A DNA stretch of 64,000 nt from the human T2T-CHM13v2.0 reference genome, Homo sapiens, in NCBI RefSeq assembly GCF_009914755.1, contig NC_060937.1; one strand, written 5' to 3'. Below, piece after piece: positions 44,045 to 58,810 of this stretch; the stretch's first letter is position 1; the number at the start of each line of letters is the position of its first letter. The notes beneath the pieces were generated by a model. It did not search any database. It had not been told where the DNA came from and saw only the letters and a program-made list of their open reading frames with translations. The position numbers and the translations under genes are program-made.

Positions 44045-44340
44045 TCTTAAAGAGCTTAATTGAAATATAATTCATATCCTGTGCAAATTGTTCATCATTT
44101 AAAGTAAAAAAAAAATGAATATTAGTCCATTCACAAAGTTGTGCAACCATCACCACAATCAATTTAAGAGCATTTTTATCACCTCATAGAGAACCCCATA
44201 CCTTTTAGCATCTTCCCCGATTTTTCCTGATTTCCCCATTCTCCCCAGCTAGCCCAAGGCAAACACAAATCTACTTTATATCTCCATTGATTTGACTATT
44301 CTAGACATTTCATGTAAACAGAATCATAAAATATGGGGTT
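44045..44340 (-). mobile_element. L1MB-like 3' end
   Basis: ttgaaatataattcata..ttcacaaagttgtgcaaccatcaccacaatcaattt..ctagacatttcatgtaaa. Confidence 0.75.
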
Positions 44341-46556
44341 CTCCTCCCCTCCTCTCGATTTTCTGTCACTTTTCTTTTGGACTTTACTGTCAGTCACACA
44401 TTTTCTTCTATTTTGGAGCTGTATGTTCTGTCTCTAAGAAATATTTTACTTTTAACGTACTTTATTTTAGAAAGTTGCTGATGTAATATACCTATGCTTA
44501 AAAGCATCATCTAGATAATCTGCAATGTGTTCTCCCCCCTTTTTTTTTAAGAAAATTTCATGTTTTGCATAAGTCTTATTGCCAATCTCTCTCACTTCTC
44601 AATCTGTTAAATTGGCACTTTCAGATATATGCAGTTATTTCATACTATTCCCTTGAACAATAGCTTATTTCTTCAATTTATATTTTTAATGTGAATGACT
44701 TATATTTCAGTAATATATACTTCTGAAAATTTCTGATTCTTTTTAGAATTGGTATTTCATCACCACATTATTCTCACATACTTGAATGTTATCTGTAAAT
44801 ATCAGTGTAAGGATACCAGCGCTACAAATGGAACCCTAAAGGCTCATTGTATATCAATATCTCTCAGTCACATCATTCCATTGTAGCTCCAGAGCTCAGA
44901 GCCCTGCTTGGCACATACTAGTTGTTCAGGAAATATTTCTGAGTGAATGAATGAATTAATGAATTATAGAGGTGTAGTAATCTCATAGCTGTTAGCATAT
45001 AGTCTATTAAGTCCAAACCAGTCAAACTGAATGAATCCTTCACTCCGGCAAGCAAAGTAGCCAATAGTTGTTGGACCAATGCTTTTGTTGATCATGCTAT
45101 TGAACAGAATTCTCATATGGGTGCTGATAATAAGTGCCTCTTACCTGTCAGGCATTAAGCAAGGCACTTGATTTTTTTTAACATTTATTTTACAGATAAG
45201 AAATATGAAGGCCAGACATGTTTCATAATTTATCCATGGCAGAGCCCAGATTCAAGTACAGAAAAGTTTTAACTCCTAAGTTATACTCTTTCCAGTATGC
45301 CAGCTACCTCTGATATTATCTCTTCTTTGTGAAATTCTTTGAGATTATTCGATCTCTACTTTTAGGTTTATAATTGTCAATCCAGACCTTATTTATTTCC
45401 TTTAACTTCGTGGACATGGTTAATGCAGATCATTCACAGATAAAGACTGCAAGTATACTAAGCTTAAATATGCATTAAAGAAAAATAGAGTGGTTATCTT
45501 TATTATCCACTGGACATTTCACATTTATTAATTTGCTAATGTTTACTGATAATGTACCAGGAAATGTATATGACATTTTTTAGACTTCTAAACATGCAGT
45601 AATGCAGACTGGATGAGCAGGAGGCCACTGTTGTTTCCCAGTCCCAGGACTAGGCCACATTTCCTGCTAGAAGAGTACTATTTTCAGTGGTACCCATTCC
45701 ATTCAGTGTACAGATAACTTTAGGAAAGGGATTTGCCTTCTTAATAAAAGACTGAAAGTTTGAGAAGAAAGTTTTAGGATGAGCGAAGATTTACTATGAT
45801 ACAGGGAAAGGACGTATGTTTTTTAAAAATTGGGGAAGTGGGCTCTCATGTAAATGATCTAAACCATCTTGTCTTAAGTTTCTAGTAGAGGCCTAAATTA
45901 ACAAAATTGTGTTGTGAAAAGCATAGGGCATTTGGCGTTAGCATTTTTGAAAGCAGTTATGTAAGATCAGTTTCTCATTATAGTTATTTAAGCAGAGACT
46001 TTTTTGTATTGAAAAGAAGCCATTGGAGAGAGAGTATGATGTCTCCTTTCAGTTTTTGCAGCAGCTCCCTTATCTTGCGTTACCAATAGCAAATTTCAGT
46101 GAGAACAGGAGTAACTAAGTATTTAAACTAGTACTTAATTATAATACAGGTAAATACTTCTCCAGATAGAGAAAGCCTGCGCAGAATGCTGTTTGGAAAT
46201 AGGAACACAGCTAGTCAGTGGTCTTGGTGAGAAGCTGCCTGCTCTGTAAATGAGCCGAAGTCATAACAAAGATAGGTGGAAGTAAAGGTCCTCAGTGATA
46301 TCTCTTCTTAGGAGTACGTCTGCACTGATGCTTCCAAATGCAGACATAGGAAACAGTGGACTAAGTGATTGGTCAAATGCCTCCAGATTCGTCCACTGAA
46401 AAATAATTTGTTTGCTATAGAAATTGGTCCCCACAGTTTTTCCTCCTTTTTGTCTTCCTCTCTGCTCATAGCTCACGCTGTCTTCTTAGCTGTTCTGCTG
46501 TGTTTATTGCTTTACCTGATTAATAGACATGGCAAAACAGGCTTTAAAGATAAATT

Positions 46557-46775
46557 GGTGAAACCTTGTCCCTACAAAAAATACAAAACTTAGTCAGGTG
46601 TGGTGACACAGTGTCTGTGATTCCAGCTACTCAGGAGGCTGAGGTGGGAGGATCGTTTGAGCCTAGGAGGTCGAAGCTGCAATGAGCCGAGATTGCGCTA
46701 CTGCACTCCAGCCGAGATCGCGCCACTGCACTCCACCAGAGCAAGACCCTCTCTCAAAAAAATAAAATAAAATAA
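46557..46775 (+). mobile_element. 5'-truncated Alu (AluJ-like) with an internal 25-bp duplication
   Basis: Starts ggtgaaacc; TSD taaagataaattgg; gccgagatYgcgcYactgcactcca occurs twice. Confidence 0.88.
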
Positions 46776-46786
46776 AGATAAATTGG

Positions 46787-47740
46787 CATTCAACAAATGG
46801 TGCTGGAAAAATTGGTGCTAGAAGAGTTGGATATCTATATCCAAAAAAAAGGAAGGGGAAGGTTTCAGTCCTTACATCACACCATATAAAAAAATTAACT
46901 CAAAATAGATCATGGACCTAAGTTTGAAACCTGAAACTATCAAACATCTAAAAGAAACATATAGGAGGAAATCTTTGTGACTTTATGTTAGCAAAGATGT
47001 TTTAGATATGACAACAAAAGCACAACCTATAAAAGAAAACATTGATACACTGGACTTTATTAAAACTTAGCTTGTTTGAACACTACTGTAAGAAAATTAA
47101 AAGACAAGCCACAGGCTGAGAAAAAATATTTCAAAACACATCTAATAAAGGACTAGGATCTAAAATATATAAAGAGCACTCAAAAATCAATAAAAATAAA
47201 ACAATATTTAGATAATTAATTTTTTTAAAGGAGGGGCAAAAGAATCTTCAGCGAAGAAGATATGTAGATGGCAAATAAACACATGAAAAGATGCCTCATA
47301 TCAAAAATTAATCCACAAATTAAAATTAATCAAATTGAAACCACAGTAAGCTACCATTACACATTAGAATGACTTTAAAAATTAAAAGGGGGAAAAAAAA
47401 AAAAACCTCTGACATCCCAAGCCCTGGTAGAGATGCACAATAGCTGAAATTCACATATCCTGCTGGTACAAAACAGTTTGGTTGTTTCTTATAAACACAC
47501 ACCAACCATATAACCCAGCAACCCTGCTTCTTGGTTTTAGCCCCCCAAAAATGAAAACTTATACAAGTACATCAATGTTTATAATGGCTTTATTTGCTTT
47601 CATCAAAAGCTGGAAACTACCCAAATATTTCTCACCTGGTAAAGGGATAAACAAACTAAAATAAACTATAGTAACTCCATATTATGAAGTACTAGTTAGC
47701 CATAAAAAAGAACCAAGCACTGATACATGTAACAAAATCA
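46787..47740 (+). mobile_element. L1M ORF2 3' region (sense)
   Basis: ttcaacaaatggtgctgg..aaaattaactcaaaatagatcat..gcaaataaacacatgaaaagatgc. Confidence 0.85.
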
Positions 47741-47771
47741 CTTTCTTGCTGTCACTTGGATGATGCCAAAA

Positions 47772-48845
<1,074 letters not shown>

Positions 48846-49264
48846 CTAAAACATTTTTAGATTTATTTTAATAAAACATTTAGTGATTCATTATAGACAC
48901 AGAATTTGTGTTCTTCATAGTCAAAGAAGTTTGTATGCCCCCAGAATTAATAATTTTATTACTGATGTGCCTAAATGAAATAGAAAAGCCAGTCTTGCTT
49001 TTAAAGACAAATCCCCTAGACAGTGTTATACCCCAAATTTTTTGAATGTAGGAAAAGCTAATAATTATTGTTGATGAGAAACCTTTAAATAATTAATGTT
49101 GGTATAAGCTAAACAAGCAAGACCTACCTATATCTGCAGAAAATGCTACATTCAACTAGTGTGTTGGGTGGTAATGCAATCCAACTAAATAAACTTTCCA
49201 GATAAATGAATTTTCTAGATTTTCCTAAGTGAGAACTTTTTAGAAGCATTATGGTTATCTGTTA

Positions 49265-50580
<1,316 letters not shown>

Positions 50581-51389
50581 ATGGTTATCTTTCTAAAATT
50601 TATTACTACTTTGTTCCCTGCCCTTTTATACAAGGAATGATACTTCATTTTTTACTTAAAAAAGTCAAGTTTATCATCCTGAGTACCCATTGTTATTCCA
50701 TGAAGTGATATAATTCCATATCTATTATTTTCTACTTTCTTCTTCAGGTTGTCAGCTATCAGTACAGTTCCCTTTAATAGCCCTCAGCCATACCAATGAA
50801 AATTGGTTGTTTACAATCTCTTCTAGACTACAAAACCAGATAATTCATTGTATCAAGCCCTTATTATAAGGCTTAAGAATCAGTCAAGTGCTCAGTGAGG
50901 CCGTAGAGGAAATGTGAATTTTGTAGCTCTGATAGGGAGTGACTTTAGCCTCTACCTCAAGTTTCACTGGCCACTGCTGATTTGGAAGTTGTGTATCAAC
51001 AGATGAAGTGACAAAACCATCCTTAGTAAATTAATGTAACTACAGGCAGCACCAGGTTAACACTTCTTCTTACATGCAAACAGCTATCTGGCTGGCCTAA
51101 GGCATTCTTCTCCCCTAGTATAGCTGCTTGCATTTGTTTCTCCTCTTTCCTCATTCCAAGACTTAACTGCTGACAACTGCTGCAAATCAGAATGGATACC
51201 CTAATCTTAGCCACCTTACCCCATACCCTAGTGATAGTCCTGAGTCATCCTGATATGAAGGTTGACCAGGATATCATAATGGCAATGATAGTGCTTGTAG
51301 GACATGCCATTTGAGTGTGTATTCTGTGCCAGATACTGTGCTAGAACTTCAGGTGCATCATTGTTTTAATCCTTAAAAAATCACTTTCA

Positions 51390-51653
51390 GAGGCCAAGGC
51401 AGATCGATCGCTTGAGACCAGGAGTTCAAGGACCAGCCTGGGCAACATGTTGAAACCCCATCTCTACTAAAAATACAAAAAAAAAAAAAACAAAAAAAAA
51501 TTAACAAGGCATGGTGGTACATAGTCCCAGTTACTCGGGAGGCTGAGTGAGAGAATCACTTGAGCCCAGGTGGACAGTGAGGCAACATCACACCATTGCA
51601 CTCCAGCCTAGGTGACAGAATAAGACCCTGTCTCAAAAAAAAAAAAAAAAAAA
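51390..51653 (+). mobile_element. AluJ, 5'-truncated
   Basis: gaggccaaggcagatc..cttgagcccagg..gaccctgtctc followed by poly-A. Confidence 0.9.
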
Positions 51654-51688
51654 ATTAGCTGAGGAGTTATTGACCTGAAACCCATTGA

Positions 51689-51995
<307 letters not shown>

Positions 51996-54900
51996 TGAGG
52001 TAAATTTACATGCCAAATACCACCACCTTATCAAGGTGTCAGTGTTCTTATTCACAGTCTCCAGGATAGGTAAGTGGTGGTGGCAGGCAAGAGGAGCCGT
52101 GGAGGAGAGGAGAAAGGAGAAGAGAAGGAAATCCGAAGCCAGCTCCGTAGGGTGAGCAGAAGATGGGAAGAGATGAGAATTCAGCATGGTCCAGCCCCAG
52201 CAGCTTTTAGGGCCTGACTGTCTATGGTCCCTGTTTCTATATCTTTTACCCTCCACCCTTACCCGTAAGGCTTCCTTTCACTGCCAGGAAACCCTGAACT
52301 TACAGCTGAGGAAGTGCCAGCTCTCTCTGCCCATCTGGTATGAGAGGAAGTGTGTCCTCCTTCAATTCTACAAATGGAAGAAATGATATTCATTTACATT
52401 CTAAGCTTTGTAGTCATGGGATTTTAGAACTGGAATACACCTTTATTTGAATGAGGAGTCTGAGGCCTAGGAAGGCAAAGTGGTTCATGGAAACTCTGAA
52501 CCCAAGTGCTTTTCTAACTAACCATGCTTGGTGTCACAAGTTGGAACTCTGAATGTAGTGTCCCCTTGTTCCGTCTTAAAGTCTGTAAAATTCCACCTGT
52601 ATTTTGAATTAAATTTAATTTATAGATTGACCTGCGAACAAAACCATAGTAGAATAATACTGTTTCTACTGCAATATATATTCCAATCACCAAATTATAA
52701 AGAAACTTTGGAATATCCTGTTTGTTATTTGCAAACTGTCTGTATCTGTGCTTAGATGGCCTCCAAACACCTAATTGTGACCCAGACTTAAAATTCAGTT
52801 TTCCTCAGTGACACTCTGGTCTGTCTCAGTACACATGTGATCAATACACAGGTTTTCTTTTAAAAAGTCTCTTTAAAAAACCTGATTCTCACCAGATGGT
52901 TTCATGACATTTGGGTTTTAGAGAATTAACAGATTATTCATTGAAAGGAATAGCCTGAAAAATTGTATAATACTATAAAGACAATTTAAACTCTGAAGTA
53001 GGTTTTCCCTCTTACTGTAAGAGAGAATAAAACACATGAATACAAATTCTGAGTAACAATTTTTAAAATTTATAATTGCTCAGAGTACTTATATTGCACA
53101 TAAATTAAATATAACAAATAATTTACTCCTGATACTAATATGACCAGTTTAAGAACTGACTTCTGTTTATATATACTTCTTACCTGTTATAACTTGTCTT
53201 TTTAACATCTAAAGTGCTGATAAGCAGACTTTATTCAAAGTGTGCTTCTTTAAAATAAGCCTCACGGTGTAGCATCCCTGTAAATACATATTAATCCAGC
53301 CAGCTGTGTGCAATGCACTAGGAACTGTAAGGATTCATATGTAATTCAGTGAAGCCACTGTTCCTCAAATATTTACTCTCGCAGATTCAGAAGAATTAAG
53401 TTTTACAACTAATATATGAAGGATACATATTGTGCATCTCTGGAAATATAAAACATTCTCAGAAATGAATAGTCCATTTTAATTGTAAGTAGTAAGTTCC
53501 AACTTGTGTTCATGAAGGAATGAGAGAAGCAAGGCACTGCAGTTTCCCTATGTTCTAAACCAAATTCCTGTTATTTCATCATAGGAATTAATGGATCTGG
53601 TAAGACTTGTGAACTGAAACTTTATTCCATGGAGCGAAAGGCTTTATACAAAATTCTGCATATTCAGGATAATTAAACTGCCCCAGTCTGTGTTCTCTGC
53701 ATCACCTGGAAGCAGTGCCGGGTGAAATGGATCACGTGTAGGAGTGCCTCACTTGAAAAGTGCTTATTGTTTCTGTGTTGTGCTTCTGGGTTTTCCTTGA
53801 AGGAAGCCTACGGAATAGAAAGGGAAAGCTACCTTGTGTGTCAACAAAAAGCTGTATCCATAACAGCTATAGCAGCCATTCTTAGTTGCTTCAGAATTAG
53901 AGCTAAAGGAAAAGCCCACACTGCTGCCTCTGAGAACTGTCTTAAGCATCAACGCTACGCAAAGACATCTCGTGAAATGTGGCTGCATGATTCTGCAGCT
54001 GCTCGTCTCTCAGTGTCTCCTGTGCTGCTTCAACTTGAAGTTTTCCTTCATAGCACCTTTTTCATAGTTTCTGTTGCTCCAACTCCTGGTCGGTTTTCTC
54101 ATCCTACTACTAGGAAATGATCATACTGATCTCTTGCAGAAATAATGTCAGATATCTGTGTTAAAACTAAAAAGTTTAACCAGTTATCTACATATGTTCA
54201 TACTTGCTGAAGGAATGTTTATTTGGTGAGTATTTATGTAATATACAAAGTCTAGGCACTCATATAAAATATCAAGTATTTAAATTTTCCATAAATTCCT
54301 TGAATATAGGCTGTATTTTTTATGTTGTTTTGTAACTTTAAAAGTTTCTAACTTTATATTGGCTGGGTAATTCATACAGGATTTAGTTCTTATGAAATAG
54401 CTTTAGAGAAAATGTGCTCTAGTATATTTATAATTTTGACTAGGATTATCTTCAGTTATTTGAAAGAGTTCTTTGTAATGAGCCTAAAGTATAAAATGAA
54501 AATGTCATATATTCCAAAGAGATGACATTCACAGTGGTAAAAAACCTCCATTTCTTTGTATGGATTAGTATTCTGTACCTATGAGTATTCCCTCCTTCTT
54601 TCAAACTGTCATTAAGAAATTCAAGGCAAAGATGACAAAATATTATAAAAAGTGATATCATTGATGATTAAATGCCCAGCTTTATTACTGCATGCCAGCA
54701 ATTGAACAGCAGGTATTTGATGCATTTGTAGCAGACTTTACATGTCTACAACCTAATTTCATTTTTTATTTTTTTAAAAAATGAAGCAGTACTTTGTTGT
54801 TTAAGTTATGGACAATAACATGTATGTAATTGGTTAGAATTGTTTGTTTTGTAAATACAGTGCCAAGAGTTATGTTTCGCTGTGAAATACAAAGTTTACT

Positions 54901-55391
54901 CTCACTAGAAAACCTGGAAAAGCGATACAGACACATTTAGTAGACATTTCAATGCATTCTAAGGTCATTAAGTTTATACGTCAAGAATTGGTTTAATTTA
55001 TCCACATGAAGCTAGGCTTATTAGACTGACTTACTCATGAAACATTAATAAAGCATTGTGTTTAGTTCTAACCTGATTATAATCTGACCTTCTGACAAAG
55101 GACAGAAATAGAAAGTATCTGATAACATTACCCTAATGCTGGGTTCATCCATCATAATCTACCCTTTTAAAAATTTGTTTTAGAAAAAGGCCCTTTCACG
55201 GATGTGCATTGATAATCTCATCTCGCCCTCAGCCCAGCAGATTCCTGGTGCTGCTGGGCCAAGTACAGGCTGTCTGCAGTCAGCAGAGCATGCACAGCAA
55301 CTGAGGCAGGGGAAGCCAAGCTCCAGTGTGGCTCTGCTCATATTGTATTATAACCTTTACAGAATGTCCGTATTTCAAAGAAAATGTTTCC

Positions 55392-55493
55392 TTTTTAAGC
55401 TGGGTTTTTTTTTTAAGTAGATTATACCCCAAATGCAAATGTAAAAATTTGCATTTGGGGTATAATCTACTTTTAAAAACCCCAGCTTAAAAA
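55392..55493. repeat. Long inverted repeat (hairpin)
   Basis: Perfect 26-bp arms at 55415-55440 and 55447-55472, 6-nt loop, and perfect outer 13-bp arms at 55392-55404 and 55481-55493. Confidence 0.96.
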
Positions 55494-55605
55494 AGAATTT
55501 TAAGCAAATAACATAAGAATTTTTGGAAGTCTTATGTAGGAATTCAAAATATCAAGATAGACATCTTGTGTTTGAGTGCCATCTCTGGAACACCTGTTAG
55601 CCATG

Positions 55606-56105
55606 TGTTGTGCTGAACCCCTATTAACTTCAACAGGGATGGCACCAGGTTCTAGAGGCCAAAGAAGAGACCCAGAGCCAGTGAGCATGACATAGAGTTT
55701 TACTGGGGACTTACCTATCGGGGAAAGTCCAGTGGTAGCAGGCTGGACAGGAGACCCATATGGCTCAGTGGCAGCAGACTGGACAGCAGAACTGCAACCG
55801 CTTGCAAAAAACCTGCTGTTTATATCACATTTTTATTTAACACTCCCCCACCCAACCACAACATCCTGTATCTGGCAACCTTCATTTAACCCAAAACAAA
55901 GGGCCTTGATTCCCATTATGGCCTGAGTTCCAAGAGATGGGCCAGAGGGGGCTCAGATATTCTTCACAGATAAGGAATGGATCTCCAGGTTGGCCACCCC
56001 AATTCCCTAGCTTGAGACTCTCAACTGCATTCAGGTGTGTCTGCCATACAGGGTCTTTCTCAAGGTTTGTTCAAGTCATCACTGTCAGGTGCAGCTTACC
56101 GCACA
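55606..56105 (-). mobile_element. Complete solo LTR, ERVL class (LTR47-like)
   Basis: 500 bp, TG...CA termini and 5-bp TSD ccatg (55601-55605, 56106-56110). The minus strand begins tgtgcggtaagctgcacctgacag..gaccctgtatggcagac. Confidence 0.8.
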
Positions 56106-56169
56106 CCATGACACTTGGAAGTAAGACACCCTATCTCTTGGAACTGCAGTGTCCTCCTTATTTCTCAAA

Positions 56170-57150
56170 TTGAGGACTTGTTCATTCCATAAGTCTTTAC
56201 TGAGAGCTAGTTATGAGCAAAGCATTATGGAAAATACAAAGAATGGCCATGGATCCTACTCTAAGTGAAGTTAGAGTAGAGAAATTCCTTCGTTCATTCC
56301 GTAATTATGAAGGGGCTATCATGCACTTCATCCTGCTCTGGGCTCTGGGAACACAAGGATGAGCAACTCAGTGAGTGGCTTCAGAAGGTGCACTCTAGTT
56401 AGGGACACAGACAAATAAACAAACAGTCCCAGTAAACACTGATAGTGTTTATTCAACAGATACCTGTTGAGTGTTCCGGGTGATGTTTTATGTGTTTGCA
56501 AGGATCCCTGCCGTCCTGGAGCTCACTTTTGATCAAAGGGAGACAGGCGATAGACAATTTTTTAAAAGTGAAATATCTAGTATCTTAGAAGGTGACCGGT
56601 GGTAGAAAATACCACTGCAAGAAAAGGAGACTGTGAGTACCTGCAGGGGAGAGAGGTCAGGACAGCCTCCCTATGAAGGGAGATTAGAGGTAGGCCTGGA
56701 GGAGCAGAGGGAGGGAGCCAAGTGACTCTCTTGGGGAAAGAGCATGGTGGGCAAAGGGAACATTAGAGCAAAGGCCTTATGGCAGGGATGTGGTTGGCAA
56801 GGAGGCCAGTGGGCCAGGAAAGGGTGGGCAAGTGGGCACACAGTAGGACAAGAGGACTGAGTAGTAGTGGGGGAGCATCACACAGGGTCTTGAAGGCCAT
56901 CATAAGTACTTTGCCTTTTTACCCTGAGTAAAATGTAAAGTCCTTGCAATCTTTTGAGTGGAAGTGTGACTGATCTTCCTTATGTTTTGAAGGGATCACT
57001 CTGGCTGCAGTGTTGGGAATGAATGATTCTGCAAGGGTAGAATCAGGGAGATCTGCTAGAAGGTAATTTGAGAGATGATGGTGGCTTGGACCAGGGGTAG
57101 CAGTAAAAGTAGTAAGAAATTATTGATTCTGGGTGTATTTTAAAATTTGA
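56170..57150 (-). mobile_element. L2 fragments (several antisense 3' ends, longest from about 56446)
   Basis: tttattcaacagatacctgttgag..gaagggatcactctggctgc..gagagatgatggtggcttggaccagg are L2a motifs. Confidence 0.8.
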
Positions 57151-57399
57151 GCCTATAGTCTCCCTGGGACTTCCTACCAGTGGCCATTTTCCCTCAGGTA
57201 TCTCTAGTCTTACAGAGGCAGGTGAAGGGCTGGGGATGAGCATGCGGAGTAGTGATGGCTACAGCAGCAGAGATAGATAAATCCATCTTAGCAGAACATT
57301 TTAGAGAGTTCAGCTAAAATGAAAGCGTGGGTGTTTAGTGCCTGTTGTCAACTTGGCCCTTTAGCAGAAATTCTAAGCAGCGGAAAAAGCCAGAGTCAA

Positions 57400-58028
57400 C
57401 ATGTTTATCCTCCGCTAGACTGTAATCTTTTTCAGGACATCGAATGCTTATTCATCTATGTGTCCTCTAAGGCTAATGTCTGACATATGGTTGGTGGTCA
57501 GTAATCTGGGGCAGGAGAGAGATTAGACTATATTCACCTTGTTTATTTGCATTTCAGTGGGATCTGCTCCCAAAGATCAGAGGTTTTGTCTTGTTTGTCA
57601 CAGCATCCCAGGGCCTAGAACACTGCCTGGCACATAACAGGTGCTCCATGTTGAATGAATGAATGCTCCCTCTGTTTGAAATGCCCTTCTCCCAGATGTC
57701 TTTATAGTTCATTTCTTCACTGGGGTCCTTAATTGTCACAAACTCAGAGAAGCCTTCCCTGACCTCCTCCCCTAAACTAGCAATCCTCCCCCACTACACA
57801 TACACCCTACTCCCCATCCTGCTTTTCTGTTTCCTTCGCACTTGTCACCTGCTGACACACCCTGTATCTTACTAATTATGTTAGTTTTTGTTGGTCTCCT
57901 CCCAGTACAATGTAAACTCTCTTGCAGGGACTTTGGGTTTTTTTGTTCACTGCTATAATCTTACAATCTAGAAGAGGGTCTGTCACAAAGCAGATGGCCA
58001 ATCAATATTTGCTGAGTGAATGAATGAG
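57400..58028 (+). mobile_element. L2 3' ends (sense, tandem fragments)
   Basis: ctggcacataacaggtgctc..gaatgaatgaatg and caatatttgctgagtgaatgaatga. Confidence 0.8.
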
Positions 58029-58124
58029 CTTCTTCCCCAGCCCCGCCCTCATTACTGACATTTCCTTTATTCCTTCCTCTTGTGATCATCACATCTTTTC
58101 CACTGCTTTAATTAATAAACCTAT

Positions 58125-58810
58125 AAATATTTATTAAACAGTTATTATCCAATGATAGGTTAAGAGTTGTGGGAAATGCAAGATAAGAATTAGATAAAGT
58201 CCCTATCTTCAAAAGGCTTACATTCTAATTGAGGATATAGTATTAACTTTGGAAACAATGAAGTGCTAATTGGCAATCATCCCATTCATTTGTACAGTAC
58301 CTCACAGTTTGTTGTAAAATGATTTCACAAGTAAATTTGCATGTGTTATCTTACTCTATTAAGTAACAAGAGGATACTGATGAAAAGTGTTGGGTAGAAA
58401 TTCATAGAAAAAAACAAGTGAGAGCTGAGAACACAGGAAGCAAACACTGAACTTGAGTAAGAAGGATGAGTAGGTCTTCAAAAAGCAGGAAGACAATGCT
58501 TTCAAGCTAGAGAGAAAGAAAGCAAAAGCTCTGAGGTCATACCAGCTGCTGTGTGCCCAAGGGCTGTGAAGTGTCTGTGCTGGGGAAGCTAAGGATTTAT
58601 ATCAGGAAGTCCTGAGAAACAGTGGGGAAAGGTGGGATGGAGGTTTGAAAGGCCTGAGTCACATAGGTTATGCTGGGAGGAGCAGTGGCAGCTTTGAAAA
58701 AGAGAATGGCAATGTGGACATGATGGCTTGACAAGTCTGTCCCACAAGCAGGACACCAGACAGACTGGATTCAGAAGAAGTTTGAAGTATGTTGTAGTAA
58801 CCCATGTGGA
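58125..58810 (-). mobile_element. L2 (degenerate)
   Basis: aatatttattaaaca..aagtccctatcttcaaaaggcttacattcta. Confidence 0.55.

Noticed and set aside
53722-54120. 132-aa ORF in non-repetitive sequence
   Set aside because: It starts at GTG, has no recognisable domain or similarity to NBEA protein, and shows no clear splice sites. Its length is compatible with chance in 64 kb.
55392-55493. miR-548/MADE1 identity for the hairpin
   Set aside because: It lacks the MADE1 terminal sequence (ttaggttggtgcaaaagtaattgc), so it was not called as an ncRNA.
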